From Eledone cirrhosa (taxonomy: Eukaryota), in the NCBI GenBank assembly GCA_964016885.1, contig OZ024765.1, positions 11,160,001 through 11,224,000 of the forward strand: a stretch of DNA of 64,000 nucleotides. Direction: 5' to 3'. Each line of letters opens with the position of its first letter. The first letter of the stretch is position 1. A program made the translations under genes and the position numbers. The notes beneath the pieces were generated by a model. That model made no database searches. It was not told the DNA's origin and was given only the letters and a program-made list of their open reading frames with translations. Shown here piece after piece: positions 43,403-58,501 of this stretch.

Positions 43403-44144
43403 TTACGCACACACAAACACACATATACACGCACATCCTAACAGAATTAAGACAATATGAGGTGACAAAATCAATGGTGGTTCCGAAACCATGGATCAGA
43501 TCCATTTATTGAGCATTTTAATGCAAATCAATATTTGCTGCACGCGGCTCCAATGGTTGCATGCAGCATGCAACAGTTCTGCAATGGTGCAGTCACCAGA
43601 GTATTGATGGTTACACTGGATTCTCAAACTATGTAAGACGCTGCTGTTTTACAGTGTGCATGCAATGTGCAGCAGACACAGTAGATGCAGTAAATGCAGC
43701 TATATTGATCCAGAGAAACGACTAAACAGCTTCTCAACAAACTTTCCAAAGAGTTTAATATCTTTTGCTTGGTTTCAATTTCAAATCTCACTCTCTCTCT
43801 CTCTCTCACACTCCCCTTTTTCCCACTCTCTTTCTCTCTCCCATTCTCACTGTCTCTCACTGTTTCTTTCTCACTCTCCCCCCCTCTCTTTCTGCCTCTC
43901 TCCCTCTCTCTTTCTCAGTCACACTTATTGCTTATTTTTTGTTTGGTATTCTGAGGTTTGTATATCATCATCATCATCATCACCGTTTTACGTCCGTTCT
44001 TCCACGCTAGCATGGGTTAGATGGGTTGTCCTGTTGTGGGCAGTGTCTGGTCGGCTGACCATGCCTTGCTCATACAGGAACTGATCTGGCTTGATTTCTA
44101 CAGCTGGATGCTCTTCCTAACACCAACCTCATTTACAGTGAGTG

Positions 44145-44189
<45 letters not shown>

Positions 44190-44200
<11 letters not shown>

Positions 44201-44500
44201 AGATCAAAAGATGGTTAAAAGAGTTCCATGTATTTTATTATGCGCATTTCAAAAACAAATATCATCATGCAATAACATTTGTGTTTTCATCAGATAAAAT
44301 AGGAAGACATGATATGAAGGTTAAAAACACTTGTTGATTTAAAACTGCACTATCCACAAGTGTTTTTAACCTTCATATCATGTCTTCCTATTTTATCTGA
44401 TGAAAACACAAATGTTATTGCATGATGATATTTGTTTTTGAAATGCGCATAATAAAATACATGGAACTCTTTTAACCATCTTTGATCTTATATATTATAT
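44190..44500. mobile_element. Near-perfect fold-back element with hammerheads at 44231-44301 (-) and 44389-44459 (+)
   Basis: TATTTTAT-CTGATGA-AAACACAAATGTTAT..ATGATATTTGTTTTT-GAAA-TGCGCA-TA-ATAAAATA. Confidence 0.9.
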
Positions 44501-44650
44501 ATACTCCAGTCCTACAAACTGTAGAGTGCTTCTTATCCGATATCTGCATTGCTTTATTGTACTACAATAAAACTCACCTCCTACATATATATATATATAT
44601 ATTTATTAACATATTACATATGTTTCTTCGTCGATCAGCTCGAGGCAAAA

Positions 44651-44740
44651 CGTATCTGAAGATCCTTCGAATGCAGAGTCGGGTTCGATCTGTAACAGAA
44701 CTTGCCTCGAGCTGATTGACGGAGAAACACATGTAATATG
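44651..44740 (+). ncRNA. Type I hammerhead with long stem II; its 3' half is duplicated in inverted form at 44604-44648
   Basis: CGTAT-CTGAAGA-TCC...GGA-GAAA-CACATG-TA-ATATG. Confidence 0.75.
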
Positions 44741-44793
44741 TTAATAAATGTGATATGATGCAACACTGATTCCGTGTTCTTTATAATATATAA

Positions 44794-44846
<53 letters not shown>

Positions 44847-44875
44847 TATATATATATAAATATATATATAAATAT

Positions 44876-44913
<38 letters not shown>

Positions 44914-45178
44914 GCATATATAAATGCATCCACATCTTTATATAGATAGGCAGACACTCATACATATATATTAAAAGAACTAGGAAAGTAGATGAATTAT
45001 CAAAAGTGAAAGTACAAAAGAAAACAGTAGATATAGACTATATCCCAAATCGATTACAAGTGAAATCATTTAACAAATATATAATTAGTGAAGGGTGAGA
45101 AAAATATTGGGAAGAATTTAGAGATAAACTCTCAAATTTCAATTCTCCCCTTTCTCAACCAGATCTGTCAACATTTAA

Positions 45179-45405
45179 CCCTTTATCATTTACATTACTC
45201 TATATTTAATATTGTATTTTCATGGTGAAGGCTTTATCTCACTTAATTATCTCACATAATATCAAATTTACGAGATTTTGATGATGTTACTATTTATTCT
45301 TAGAACAATATATTAACTTCAGTACAAGCGGCTGGTTACGGCTGGTTTGAACAGAATGAGATGAAAGAATTCTGACCGGATATGGCTGGTTTAAATGCTA
45401 AAGGG
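45179..45405 (+). mobile_element. piggyBac-type MITE, 227-bp single-unit form
   Basis: TTAA|CCCTTTATCATTTA ... TAAATGCTAAAGGG|TTAA. Confidence 0.88.
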
Positions 45406-45564
45406 TTAAAAACATAAAAGACACTGCAATATTAATTTTAAAAATAACTATGCTGACTCGAAACTGGAGATATACTATTGGATTACATTTTAGCATGAAC
45501 AGGTCTTAGAGAATCAGTCTCTGTTCTTGTTGTGACTTCCCAGAAGCTCTCTGGCACTAGTTAT

Positions 45565-46090
45565 TTCTTCTTTTTCTTCTTCTTCTTCACCCACTTATTA
45601 ATGAGAGGATCTTGGGGGAAGAGTCATCAAACCCTCCTTCCAGCAGGTCCTGTCAGAAGCAACCGTCTTCAACTGATCCAGCTGGATCTCCAAATGCGAC
45701 CAGTGAGAGGGTCTTGGGGGAAGAGTCCCCAAACCCTGCTTCCAGCAGGTCCTGACAGAAGCAACCATCTCCAACTGATCCAGCTGGATCTCCAAATGTG
45801 ACCAGCCAAGCTCATAGATGTTATCCAACAATCTTGCTCGGGGTCTACCCCTGGGTCTCTTGCCCGTTAGTTTTTCCTGCGAAATCAGTCCTGCGATTCT
45901 TTCCTGAGACATTCTAACCCCATGGCCATAGTATCAGAGCTGTGATCTCCCAATTCAAACTTTATCAAGTAACATTACTCCAAAGACCCTTCAGAGGAAT
46001 CCCATTTTGGCCACTTGTATTTGTGATCATATTCGTTCAGTCATTATCCGAGATTTATGACCATAGTTAAGGGTTGGCACAAATACTGGA
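45565..46090 (-). mobile_element. RTE family C 3' fragment with about 100-bp internal duplication (short further copy at 62770-62908 +)
   Basis: PTLNYGHKSRIMTERI ... GKRPRGRPRARLLDNI; (GAA)n tail. Confidence 0.82.
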
Positions 46091-46413
46091 ATGAAGATAG
46101 CAAGTTTGGCTTTTACACCTACCCCCCCTTCTTCTGAATGCTGAAGCTGGTGCTGGTGCATTGCTGCACCAGCTTCCTTCACAAGTGTTGTGGCACTATT
46201 TGTTCCAATGTAAAAACTATCAATGAGAGAATCACTTCTCTGTTCTTGTAGTGACTTCCCAGAAAACTCTCTGGCAGTATTTGCCACTGTGTAAAAACTA
46301 TCAGAGAGAGAGAGAGAGAGACGGGGAGAGAGAGAGAGAGACGGAGAGGGAGAGAGAGAGAAGAAGGACATCTTAAAGGTGATCATTAAAAAAGTACCAA
46401 GACTGGAGATACA

Positions 46414-46765
46414 ATATATTGTAAAAGATCTACCAACTATATATTGTAAAAGATCTACCAACTATATATTGTAAAAGATCTACCAACTATATATTGTAAA
46501 AGATCTACCAACTATATATTGTAAAAGATCTACCAACTATATATTGTAAAAGATCTACCAACTATATATTGTAAAAGATCTACCAACTATATATTGTAAA
46601 AGATCTACCAACTATATATTGTAAAAGATCTACCAACTATATATTGTAAAAGATCTACCAACTATATATTGTAAAAGATCTACCAACTATATATTGTAAA
46701 AGATCTACCAACTATATATTGTAAAAGATCTACCAACTATATATTGTAAAAGATCTACCAACTAT
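46414..46765. repeat. Perfect 25-bp minisatellite, about 14 copies
   Basis: (ATATATTGTAAAAGATCTACCAACT)n. Confidence 0.97.
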
Positions 46766-47350
46766 AAACCAAATCTTTGAGTAAATGGAGGTTATATAAA
46801 GATACAACAATAGAAAAGAAAATTGTAGCTGCTTTACAGTTTCCCTAGTTTACCATTTTTTCTTTATCTTTTTTATTTATGTATATTTTGCCACCCACTG
46901 TCCCCCACTGCACCCCAGGTATTCATTTTTTAAATCTTATTTTCTTTTCTTAATTTTTAATTTGATTTTTATGTTCACTTATTTCTGTCTTGTTTTTTGT
47001 TTCTCAACTGTAAAAATTACGAGATATTTTCTCTAGACTGTCATGGGTTATTAGCTCTATACGGACATTTAAATTGATTAAATGAATAAATAGATATGTA
47101 CATACAGACACACTTACACACATACATGAAACATACAGATATACATACACACATACATGAAACATACAGATATACATACACACATACACACATATATATA
47201 TATTCTTATATATATATACATACAAACACACACATGCACACATATATACATGCATATACATACATACATACATATATACATACATACATATATATACACA
47301 CACACACACACATATATATAGATATATATATATATACATACATATGTATA

Positions 47351-47388
<38 letters not shown>

Positions 47389-47635
47389 CATATTTATAAT
47401 ACATATCTATATATATACATATTTATAATACATATCTCTATATATATATATATACATATATACATACATATCTATAATACATATCTATATACATATATAT
47501 ATATATATACATATATACATACATATCTATAATACATATCTATATACATATATATATATATACATATATACATACATATCTACATACATATATACATACA
47601 TTTAAATATATATAGACACACACTCATACAACCAT

Positions 47636-47688
<53 letters not shown>

Positions 47689-47949
47689 CACACATAAGAG
47701 CAAGGCTTGGTTCCCCTTGACCTGTCTGAGATTGAAGTAAATCTTAATAAGACTAACAACCCTCCTATCCCATGCCAGCATGGAAAACAAGCATAAAATG
47801 AAGATCATGTTGATTATATATATACACACACATATATATACACACACATTTATATATATACACACATATTATATATGCACAGATATATAAATATATATAA
47901 ATATATATATATATGTATATATATAAATATATATGCATATATATATGCA

Positions 47950-47987
<38 letters not shown>

Positions 47988-48043
47988 TATTTATATATAT
48001 ATATATATATGCATATTTATATATATATATATATATATATGCA

Positions 48044-48095
<52 letters not shown>

Positions 48096-48572
48096 CTTAT
48101 ATACATACAGACACATATATATGCATATATATATATATATATAAATATATATAAATATATATACATATATATATAAATATATATGCACATATATATATAA
48201 ATATATATGCACATATATGCATATATATATAAATATATATGCACATATATATATAAATATATATGCATATATTTATATATATATATATATATAAATATAT
48301 ATGCATATGCATATATATATACATATATATGCATATATATATATGCATATATATATACATATATATGCATATATATATATATACATACAGACACACTTAG
48401 ACATAACATGAAGATCAAATATAATCGCAGAAACACAACAAAACCACAAAATTATTAAACAAAAATATCAATAGAACATAACATATGCCGATACATAGAT
48501 TTATGTGTGTGTATATATATATATATATATATACATATATATATGAGTATATATATACATATGTGTGTGTGT

Positions 48573-48620
<48 letters not shown>

Positions 48621-48665
48621 ATATATATACATATATATATGTGTGTATATATATATACATATATA

Positions 48666-48720
<55 letters not shown>

Positions 48721-49872
48721 ATATTATATATACATACACAGAAATAGATATATAGAGAGAGAGGGGTTTGGAAGGAGAAGATTTTTGTGTGTTTCTGGGA
48801 GGGAAGGGTATAAAATGAAGAGATTTGTGTCTTTTTACATTTTTTAGTTTAACAAAAAAAAAAAAATCTCTCTCTATATATTTATACACCCCACAAAAAA
48901 AGAAAATTAAATCACATTTTCTTTTTTATATTTGTATATTTAGTTGCTGGAGTGTTGTTGTTTTCTGGAGAACAACTAGAAAACAAAGAAGAATATACTT
49001 TCATGTGTTGTGCCTAAATAATCGTTAAAGACAGTGGAATGATGATAGTAATATATAGAATTGAATGCTACCCACCATTCTTGATCATTATTGTGTGTGT
49101 ATAGCTATTAACTACAGCCATCACTTGTAATTGAGAATGACTTAGTAGTGTGTTCCATGCTTTTCTTGAAAGATTTAGGTTCCCCCGTGTAGTCATGAAT
49201 ATTTGATTTAGCTCAGGGGTTCCCAACCTTTTTTGGATCATTGCTCACTTTTATATGGAAACATTTTTACAGTGCACCTGTATAGTAAATATTCGAAAGC
49301 ATACCAAAAAGCAACATCATTTCTGTTTAACGTCCATTTTTCCATGCTGAAATGGGTTAGACGAGTTATTCTATTATAAACAAAGTCAGGTGAGGTGACC
49401 ATGTCTTGCTAATACAGAAAATGACCTTGGCTAGGTTTCAACTGGTTTGTTATTCCAATTTAGCCCCCTGTTTTTTTAAATTTTTTTTTTAATACAAATT
49501 CAATGAATATTTTTTTCAGGTAACATATGTTGAAATAACTTCTTAATACTCAAATTCCTATATCGTCCACCAAAATTTCCAATCGCCCACCATTTTCTAC
49601 ATATATCTAAAGTCTAAACCTGTCTTAAGCCATTTAAAGCTCATTAGGCTGGTGCTTATCCTGGTTTCATGGGATGAAGCGACCGAGAGTACAACATTTC
49701 ACCCTGGACAGGATGCCAGTCCATTGCATATACATACATACACACACACACACGCACATATATATATAATTTGGATTTATTTTTGAATCACAGGATTTTC
49801 TGATAGCTTTTGCTTATGCTTATACCAATATAGCACGACTAAATACCATTTTTGCTCCACTTTCCTTTTCTG

Positions 49873-50600
49873 ACTGTAGTGGAATAGCAGGCAAACTAAC
49901 AGGTAGGGAAAACTACATATGCAGTAGATGTTCAAGGAAATTTGACAGTAGAAGCTGCAGTGATAGACACATTTATCAAATGCAGGTAGGATCTATAGAA
50001 GTTGTTGATAGCTTCTGATACCTATGTGATCAGATTAGCTGGGGGGAAGGGTGCTCCGAGGCCATAGTATCTAGAATAAGGACGGGTTGGAAAAAGTTTC
50101 GGGAGCTGGTTCCTCTGTTGACAACAAAAGGCCGGTTATATGATACCTGTGTGAGATGTGCGATGCTGCATGGTAGTGAGACATGGGCAGCAACTGAGGA
50201 GGATATGCAATGGTTGGAGAGAAATGAAGCAAGTATGCTCCGTTGGATGTGCAATGTCAATGTGCGTGAACGACCAAGCATGGACAAATTGAGAGTGAAA
50301 CTGTGTATAAGAGGAATAAACCTGTGTGCGGGAGAGAAAACTGCATTGGTATGGACATGTGATGCACATGAAAGATGACCGCTGGGTGAAGAAGTGCCAG
50401 GAAATCCCGATGGAAGGACAACACAGTAGAGGAAGACCATGAAAAACATAGGCGGAGGTGGTGAGAGCTGATCTCAGATCACTGAAGCTCACAGAGGAGA
50501 TGACAAAGGACCGTGACGAATGGAGAGATGTTGTGCTGAATAGGACCCATCCCACCCTTGAAAGCAAGGAAAAGTGGATGTAAAATGATGATAATGATGA
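49873..50600 (+). pseudogene. Degenerate RTE LINE 3' half (followed by RTE-type UTR fragments at 50640-50988)
   Basis: CSGIAGKLTGRENYICSRC, RTGWKKFRELVPLL, MLHGSETW, with stops and frameshifts. Confidence 0.9.
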
Positions 50601-50601
50601 C

Positions 50602-50641
<40 letters not shown>

Positions 50642-51390
50642 TCAGCCCACACTGTAAAGTGGACGTGTAAAAAACATGACAAAAAGTACCCAGTACACAC
50701 TGTAAATGTATTTGGCGTTAGGAAGGGCATCCAGCCGTAGAAAACCAGCCCCAAAACACTCAACACACCCTGTAAAGTGGACGTGTAAAAGACACAGGAA
50801 AAAGCACCCAGTCCACACTCAATGTGGTTGGCATTAGGAAGGGCATCCAGCCATAGAAACCAGTCAGAAACATCCCAAAATGAATGAGACACAGTCACCT
50901 GACCCAACTTGTCTTAAAATAAGACTCAGCTAACTAATGCTAGTGTGGAAGATGGACGTTAATCGATGATGATGATGATGATGATGATACACACACAAAC
51001 ACACAATCATATTGGACAGATCAAGAAAATATATGGCTGTCTTTTCTGTTCTCCAGATGTTCATTCATGTTAGCAAAGATAACTTGTAACTGGAATATTA
51101 GACATACAAATAGAAATAGAATGGATGTTAGGTGTGGTACTATTCCATATGTTGCTGAAGGCGGTAGAAAACTCTCCTAAGATTGATGATGCAACAATGT
51201 TCTGTGAAAATTCAGTTCCTCATCCTCATCTTCTTCATTTTCTTCTTCCCCTTCTGTCCCCCTTCTCTTCTTTCATTGTCTAGTTCTTCCTCCACCGCTC
51301 CCTTACACTTCTTTTCTTCGTTCAAAGAGAACCAATCAGTCAATTATGCCATTCACATCCCATTCAGTTTGTATATATGCATATATATAC

Positions 51391-51435
<45 letters not shown>

Positions 51436-51443
51436 TGCATATA

Positions 51444-51537
<94 letters not shown>

Positions 51538-51551
51538 TGCATATATATATA

Positions 51552-51606
<55 letters not shown>

Positions 51607-51617
51607 GCATATATATA

Positions 51618-51665
<48 letters not shown>

Positions 51666-51733
51666 TGCATATATATATATGTGTGTATATATATATATAT
51701 AGATATACACACACACACACACATGCATATATA

Positions 51734-51765
<32 letters not shown>

Positions 51766-51793
51766 CACGCACACATGCATATATATATATATG

Positions 51794-51870
<77 letters not shown>

Positions 51871-51877
51871 GTATATA

Positions 51878-52386
51878 CAAAAAAGATAGATGACATCACA
51901 GGCCTTGACTATTGGAGTCGATTAGAAAAGCTCAACCTTTATTCTCTCCAACGTCACCGTGAGCGCTACATTATCTACATGATGTGGAAAATATTCCATC
52001 AGCTTTGCCCAAATGATGTTGGCATCACCTTTAATGTACACCCAAGGCTTGGGCCCCGTGCTGTCCGCCCATGACCAAAATCTCACTCGCATCTCATAAC
52101 AACAATACAGCACAATTATTCCACCTCAATTGGCCCCTCCTCTCTTTAGCATTACACCAAAACACATCAAAGCAGAGACAGACCCCATCAAGTTAAAGAA
52201 GTCTTTGGACAAATTCCTTCAAGAAATCCCGGATAAGCCTCCTATACCCGGATATGCCTCCGTAAACAATAACTCTCTCTGCTCGAGTGGGCCATGGTGC
52301 CCAAACACTGATTTGTAAGACTTCGCCAGGTGGTGCTATTAAGTTAGACATGGCCTGGGCCAATACTGGCCGAAAGTTATCAAAGT
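51878..52386 (+). mobile_element. CR1-group LINE 3' fragment
   Basis: [23 protein letters not shown]...KKSLDKFLQEIPDKPPIPGY...NSL; disrupted frame. Confidence 0.85.
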
Positions 52387-52450
52387 TATATATATATATA
52401 TATATATATACACATGTATATATATTTATACACATTTATATATATATACA

Positions 52451-52516
<66 letters not shown>

Positions 52517-53227
52517 CGCAAACAGCGAAAAGCGGACATAAAATGATGATGATGATGATGTATATATATATGTATATATATATACATGTACACACACACA
52601 TATATATATATATATGCACATATATATATATGTATATATGTATATGTATATATATTTGTATATATATATATATATGTATATATATTTGTATATATATATG
52701 TGTATATATATATGTATATATATATGTATATATATATATATATATATATACATATATATAATAAGAACAAAGTGGAGGTGTTTTTTATGAGATTTATTGC
52801 TCAACCTGGTTACAAATGTTTCTCAGGCAGCCAGCTTACTGAACCCTTTGCATGTATATATATATATATATATGTGTGTATACATATATATATGTATACA
52901 TATATATATGTGTATGTATAGATATCTTGCTCATACAGGACTGCTTTTGGTTTGGTTTCTACGGCTGGATGCCCTTCCAAACACCAACCACATTTACAGT
53001 ATGGATTGGGTGCTTTTTGTTGAGACTCCTACACGACCCCTTTATAGTATGGGCTGGGTCCTTTTGGTCATGACACCTACATGACCCCTTTATAATATGG
53101 GCTGGGTACTTTTTGTCGTGACACCTACACGACCATTTTACAGTGTGGACTCGGTTTTTTCTGTTGTGACACCTACACGACCAATGTGTGTATATATATA
53201 GAGGCATATATATATATATATATATAT

Positions 53228-53600
53228 ATATAGATTACATAAGTATCAAAGTTATGTTTAAATCATTTAATCGCTGACAATTGTTTCTTCCAAACTTCCG
53301 TTTGGAGTCATCGGAGCATTATCAATGTTTGTACATATATAGTTAACCTCCTAATCAACTGTACAATCGTATAGATACATATATATTGATGTTGTGGACA
53401 ACAGTTTCATCTTTACAGGGTGGAATGGATGCGAGATATATTATACGAGAATTGTACAATAATTCAAATTAAGATTAAAATTAAAAATTATATGTACAAA
53501 CATTGATAATGCTCTGAGGACTCCAAGCTTAAGTTTGGAAGAAACAATTGTCAGCGATTAAATGATTTAAACATAACTTTGATACTTATGTAATCTATAT
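53228..53600. mobile_element. Inverted repeat pair (about 110-bp arms) with hammerheads at 53268-53321 (-) and 53507-53560 (+)
   Basis: TAATGCT-CTGAGGA-CTCCAAGC/GTTTGGAA-GAAA-CAATTG-TC-AGCGATTA; the other arm has CCGATGA and a GGAA tetraloop. Confidence 0.88.
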
Positions 53601-53747
53601 TCCTGCTCTGTAAAACACCTGATGATCTTACATTGAGCTATTTCTCTTACTGGGAATAAGGTAGTAATAAATTACTGACCTTTCCTGTTTAAAGTTGTTT
53701 ATAGTATCTTTAATATTATATACATATATATATATATATATATACGT

Positions 53748-54087
53748 GGAGGCACATGGCTTAGTGGTTAGAGCATTGGCCTTGCAATCGAAAGGTTGTG
53801 AGTTCAATTCTCAGACCGGGTGATGTGTTGTTTCCTTGAGCAAGACACTTTATTTCACATTGCTCCAGTTTACTCAGCTGTAGAAATGAGATTATAGGGA
53901 CCCCAGTCCCTATCATTCCACTGCAAAGTGGTCGTGGAGGTGCCACGGCAAAAAAGCACCCAGCACTCACTGTAAATGAGGTTGGTGTTAGGAAGAGCAT
54001 CCAGCTGTAGAAATCAAGCCAGAATCAGTTCCCGTCCCACCCTTGCTAGCAGGGAAAAGCGGACGTAAAATGAAATGATGATGATGA
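53748..54087 (+). mobile_element. Full-length CORE-like SINE
   Basis: As 32329-32674. Confidence 0.88.
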
Positions 54088-54104
54088 TACGTATATATAC
54101 ATGT

Positions 54105-54283
54105 AAATGGAAGGAAGACACTCCGTTGGTTACGACGATGATTATTCCAGTTGATGCGATCAACAGAACGGCCTGCTCATAAAATTAATGTGCCTTTCTC
54201 AAGGACGCAACGCGTCACCAAGAATTGAACTAAAAGTCTTATGAATGTAAGCCGAATATTCGAACCACAACGCCATGTGCCTT
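54105..54283 (-). mobile_element. Diverged tRNA-derived SINE with a different tail
   Basis: Minus-strand head GAAGGCACATGGCGTTGTGG...AGTTCAATTC followed by TTGCGTCCTTGAG. Confidence 0.55.
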
Positions 54284-54333
54284 CACATATATACATATAC
54301 CATTAAGGGTGAAAGCAGCGATTCTTTGCTTAA

Positions 54334-54979
54334 CCCTTGAGCATTAACATTATTTTATATATACTATTTTATATATACTTGGGTGGTGAATTGGCAGTAT
54401 TGGTAGAGGGGCAGACATGCTTTCCAGCGTAGTTATGTCTCTTTACGATCCTCGTTCAAATCCCGCCGAGGTTAACTTTGCCTTTCATCCTTATAGGGTT
54501 GATAAAATAAAGTACCAGTAATGTACTGGATATTTGCTGTCCTTGTGCCAAAAGTAGAAACAATTATTTTATATATACTATTATATTTTCATGGTAAAGG
54601 CTTTACCTCACATAATATCTCGCATAAAATTCACATTACTCTATATATACTATTGTATTTTCATGGTAAAGGCTTTACCTCACCTAATATCTCGCAGCAT
54701 TCACATTACTCTATATATACTATTGTATTTTCATGGTAAAGGCTTTACCTCACATAATATCTCGCATAAAATTCACATTAATCTATATATACTATTATAT
54801 TTTCATGGTAAAGGCTTTACGTCGGATAATTATCTCAAAATATCGAATCTATGAGATTTTGAAAGTATTTATTTTGAGAACAATACCTTGACATCAGTTT
54901 GAGCAACCAGTTACAGCCAGTTTTAACAGAAAGAGGTAGAGAATTCTGGCCGGTTTGGGCCGGTTTGAACATTAAAGAG
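54334..54979 (+). mobile_element. piggyBac-type MITE with about 4 internal units and a nested Nin/Deu-like SINE (54381-54567)
   Basis: TTAA|CCCTTGAGCATT ... AACATTAAAGAG|TTAA. Confidence 0.85.
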
Positions 54980-55053
54980 TTAAACTTTAATCTGTTATTT
55001 TAATATATATATATATATGCACATACAATATGACAACTGAGTATATATGTGAG

Positions 55054-55091
<38 letters not shown>

Positions 55092-55226
55092 CACATATTA
55101 GTCTATTATGCATTCCATTTCTATTTTTGAATCTATATTTTAGTTCCCAGTTATCTTTGATAACATGAATATTTGGAAACTGAAATGACAGCCATATGCT
55201 CTGTTGATCTGTCCAAAAGATGTGTG

Positions 55227-55263
<37 letters not shown>

Positions 55264-55352
55264 GTGTGTGTGTGTATATATATGTATATCCACATACATA
55301 CATTTATACTCTGTTGATCTGTCCAATACATATATTCCTACACACCGACACA

Positions 55353-55421
<69 letters not shown>

Positions 55422-55589
55422 TTATTTATATACATATATATCTATAAATATATATATATGTGTATGTATATTTATATATCCATACATTCATACAGTCTCT
55501 GCTGATCTCTCCAATACGTACATACATATATATATATATATATATATACATACATACATACATACATATATATATATATACATACATAT

Positions 55590-55642
<53 letters not shown>

Positions 55643-55667
55643 CATATATATATATATACATACATAT

Positions 55668-55716
<49 letters not shown>

Positions 55717-55827
55717 CATATATATATATATACACATACATATATATATATATATATATACACATACATATATATACACATACATATATATATATATATA
55801 CACATACATATATATATATATACATAC

Positions 55828-55954
<127 letters not shown>

Positions 55955-56222
55955 TATACATATATGTGTCTAACATCCATTCCTTATCTATTCCTGTCTC
56001 TAATATTTCAGTTACAAATTATCATCACTAATATAAGACCAGAAAACTAGAAAAGACATCCATATGGTCTGTTGATCAATCCAATATATACATATGTATG
56101 TATATATATGTATATACACACATAACTATATATATATATATGTATATATATATATGTATATACACACATAACTATATATATATATATGTATATACACACA
56201 TAACTATATATATATATATGTA

Positions 56223-56264
<42 letters not shown>

Positions 56265-56342
56265 ACTATATATATATATATGTATGTATATATGTATATA
56301 CACACATAACTATATATATATATATATATGTATATACACACA

Positions 56343-56388
<46 letters not shown>

Positions 56389-56394
56389 CACACA

Positions 56395-56442
<48 letters not shown>

Positions 56443-56480
56443 TAGATAGATAGATATATACACACACATAACTATATAAC

Positions 56481-56570
<90 letters not shown>

Positions 56571-56572
56571 AC

Positions 56573-56638
<66 letters not shown>

Positions 56639-56657
56639 AATGAAAGGTATAGAAAAC

Positions 56658-56688
<31 letters not shown>

Positions 56689-56699
56689 TATATATAACT

Positions 56700-56731
<32 letters not shown>

Positions 56732-56848
56732 CTACATATATACATAGACATATATATATATATGTACATATATATGTACACATACATATACATATATACA
56801 TATATACATATTTATGTACATACATAAGTACATACACATATATTTATA

Positions 56849-56918
<70 letters not shown>

Positions 56919-57624
56919 CACACATATATATATATATCCACATGCTCTGTTGATCAGTCTAAAGTTGACACCTTCCATCATATCTCTGTATTATACTTCT
57001 ACCTTCCCACCTGAAGGTAGATCACAGATTACATTAACTGTAGCCATGTTTTTCTCCCATCCATTCAGTTTAACTTATTCTCTTGCTCCTGGCACTGGTA
57101 TTTTTCTTCTTCTTGTAGTTGTCATTGGTTCGGTTGTTGTTGTTGTCACTGGTTTGGTTGAGGTTGTTGTTGTTGTTGTTGTCACTGGTTTGGTTGAGGT
57201 TGTTGTTGTTGTCACTAGTTTGGTTGATGTGGTTGTTGTTGTAATTGTCATTGGTTTGGTTGATGTGGTTGTGGTTGTTGTCATTGGTTTGGTTGATGTT
57301 GTTGTGGTTGTTGTAGTTGTCATTGTTTGGTTGATGTTGTTGTTGTTGTGGTTGTTGTCATTGTTTGGTTGATGTTGTTGTTGTTGTGGTTGTTGTAGTT
57401 GTCATTGTTTGGTTGATGTTGTTGTTGTGGTTGTTGTTGTCATTGTTGTTGTGGTTGTCATTGGTTTGGTTGATGTTGTGGTTGTGGTTGTTGTCATTGG
57501 TTGTGGTTGTTGTTGTTTTAAGTGCTGTAGTTGTAGTAGGTGTTGTAGCTGTAGTAGTAGTAGTTGTCAGTCTTTATGTGTGTAACATATTTAATATATG
57601 GTAAGAGAGCTGTATGTGTGATAA

Positions 57625-57818
57625 ATAATTGTGTCTACTTTTTGACACAAGGCCAGCAATTACCCCAGTGTATTACTGGTACTCTATTTTATCGACCCCC
57701 ATAAGGATGAAAGGCAAAGTTAACCATGGCGGGATTTGAACTCAGAATGGCAAGAGCCATAACTCTATGCTTCAAAGCATGGCATCCGACCCTCTACCGA
57801 TAATGCCAATCCACCGCC
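57625..57818 (-). mobile_element. Full-length Nin/Deu-like SINE
   Basis: Homologous to 32679-32871. Confidence 0.8.
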
Positions 57819-57874
57819 ATATATAAATAAATATATATATACATGTTAAACGATGATGATGATGATGATGACAT

Positions 57875-57913
57875 CAAGCTGAGGATCTGAATAAGGTGAA
57901 ACATTTGTTCTCG
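57875..57913 (+). ncRNA. Degenerate minimal hammerhead motif
   Basis: CAAG-CTGAGGA-TCTGAATAAGGT-GAAA-CATTTG-TT-CTCG. Confidence 0.45.
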
Positions 57914-57974
57914 GTATGGTGAACTAACTGTTGTGGAACTACTTATATATATATGTACATATACATATAACTAC

Positions 57975-58079
<105 letters not shown>

Positions 58080-58094
58080 TATACATATAACTAC

Positions 58095-58155
<61 letters not shown>

Positions 58156-58174
58156 TATAACTACATATATATAC

Positions 58175-58234
<60 letters not shown>

Positions 58235-58435
58235 GTACATATACATATAACTACATATATATATAACTATATATAACTATATATAACTATATATATATAT
58301 ATATATGCAGAGATTATATTTAATTTGTTGGGATACAACAAGCTTAAAAATATTTTTATAACTGATATAAAGCACTCAACAAGTTAAGGTTGTCTTTTTT
58401 CAGTCATTATTTATTTATAAAACTAATCTGTATTG

Positions 58436-58501
58436 TATTTTATCTGATGAAAGCGCACCATAATTTGCCTTGGTGGCCCTTGAAATATGTATAATAAAAT
58501 A
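58436..58501 (+). ncRNA. Type I hammerhead ribozyme motif in element about 58306-58543
   Basis: TATTTTAT-CTGATGA-AAGCGCACCA...TGGTGGCCCTT-GAAA-TATGTA-TA-ATAAAATA. Confidence 0.85.

Noticed and set aside
49505-49526. Plus-strand TTTTTTTTCAG|GTAACA recursive-like site
   Set aside because: Short tract, weak donor, lies within a probable hAT remnant and on the strand opposite the exon.
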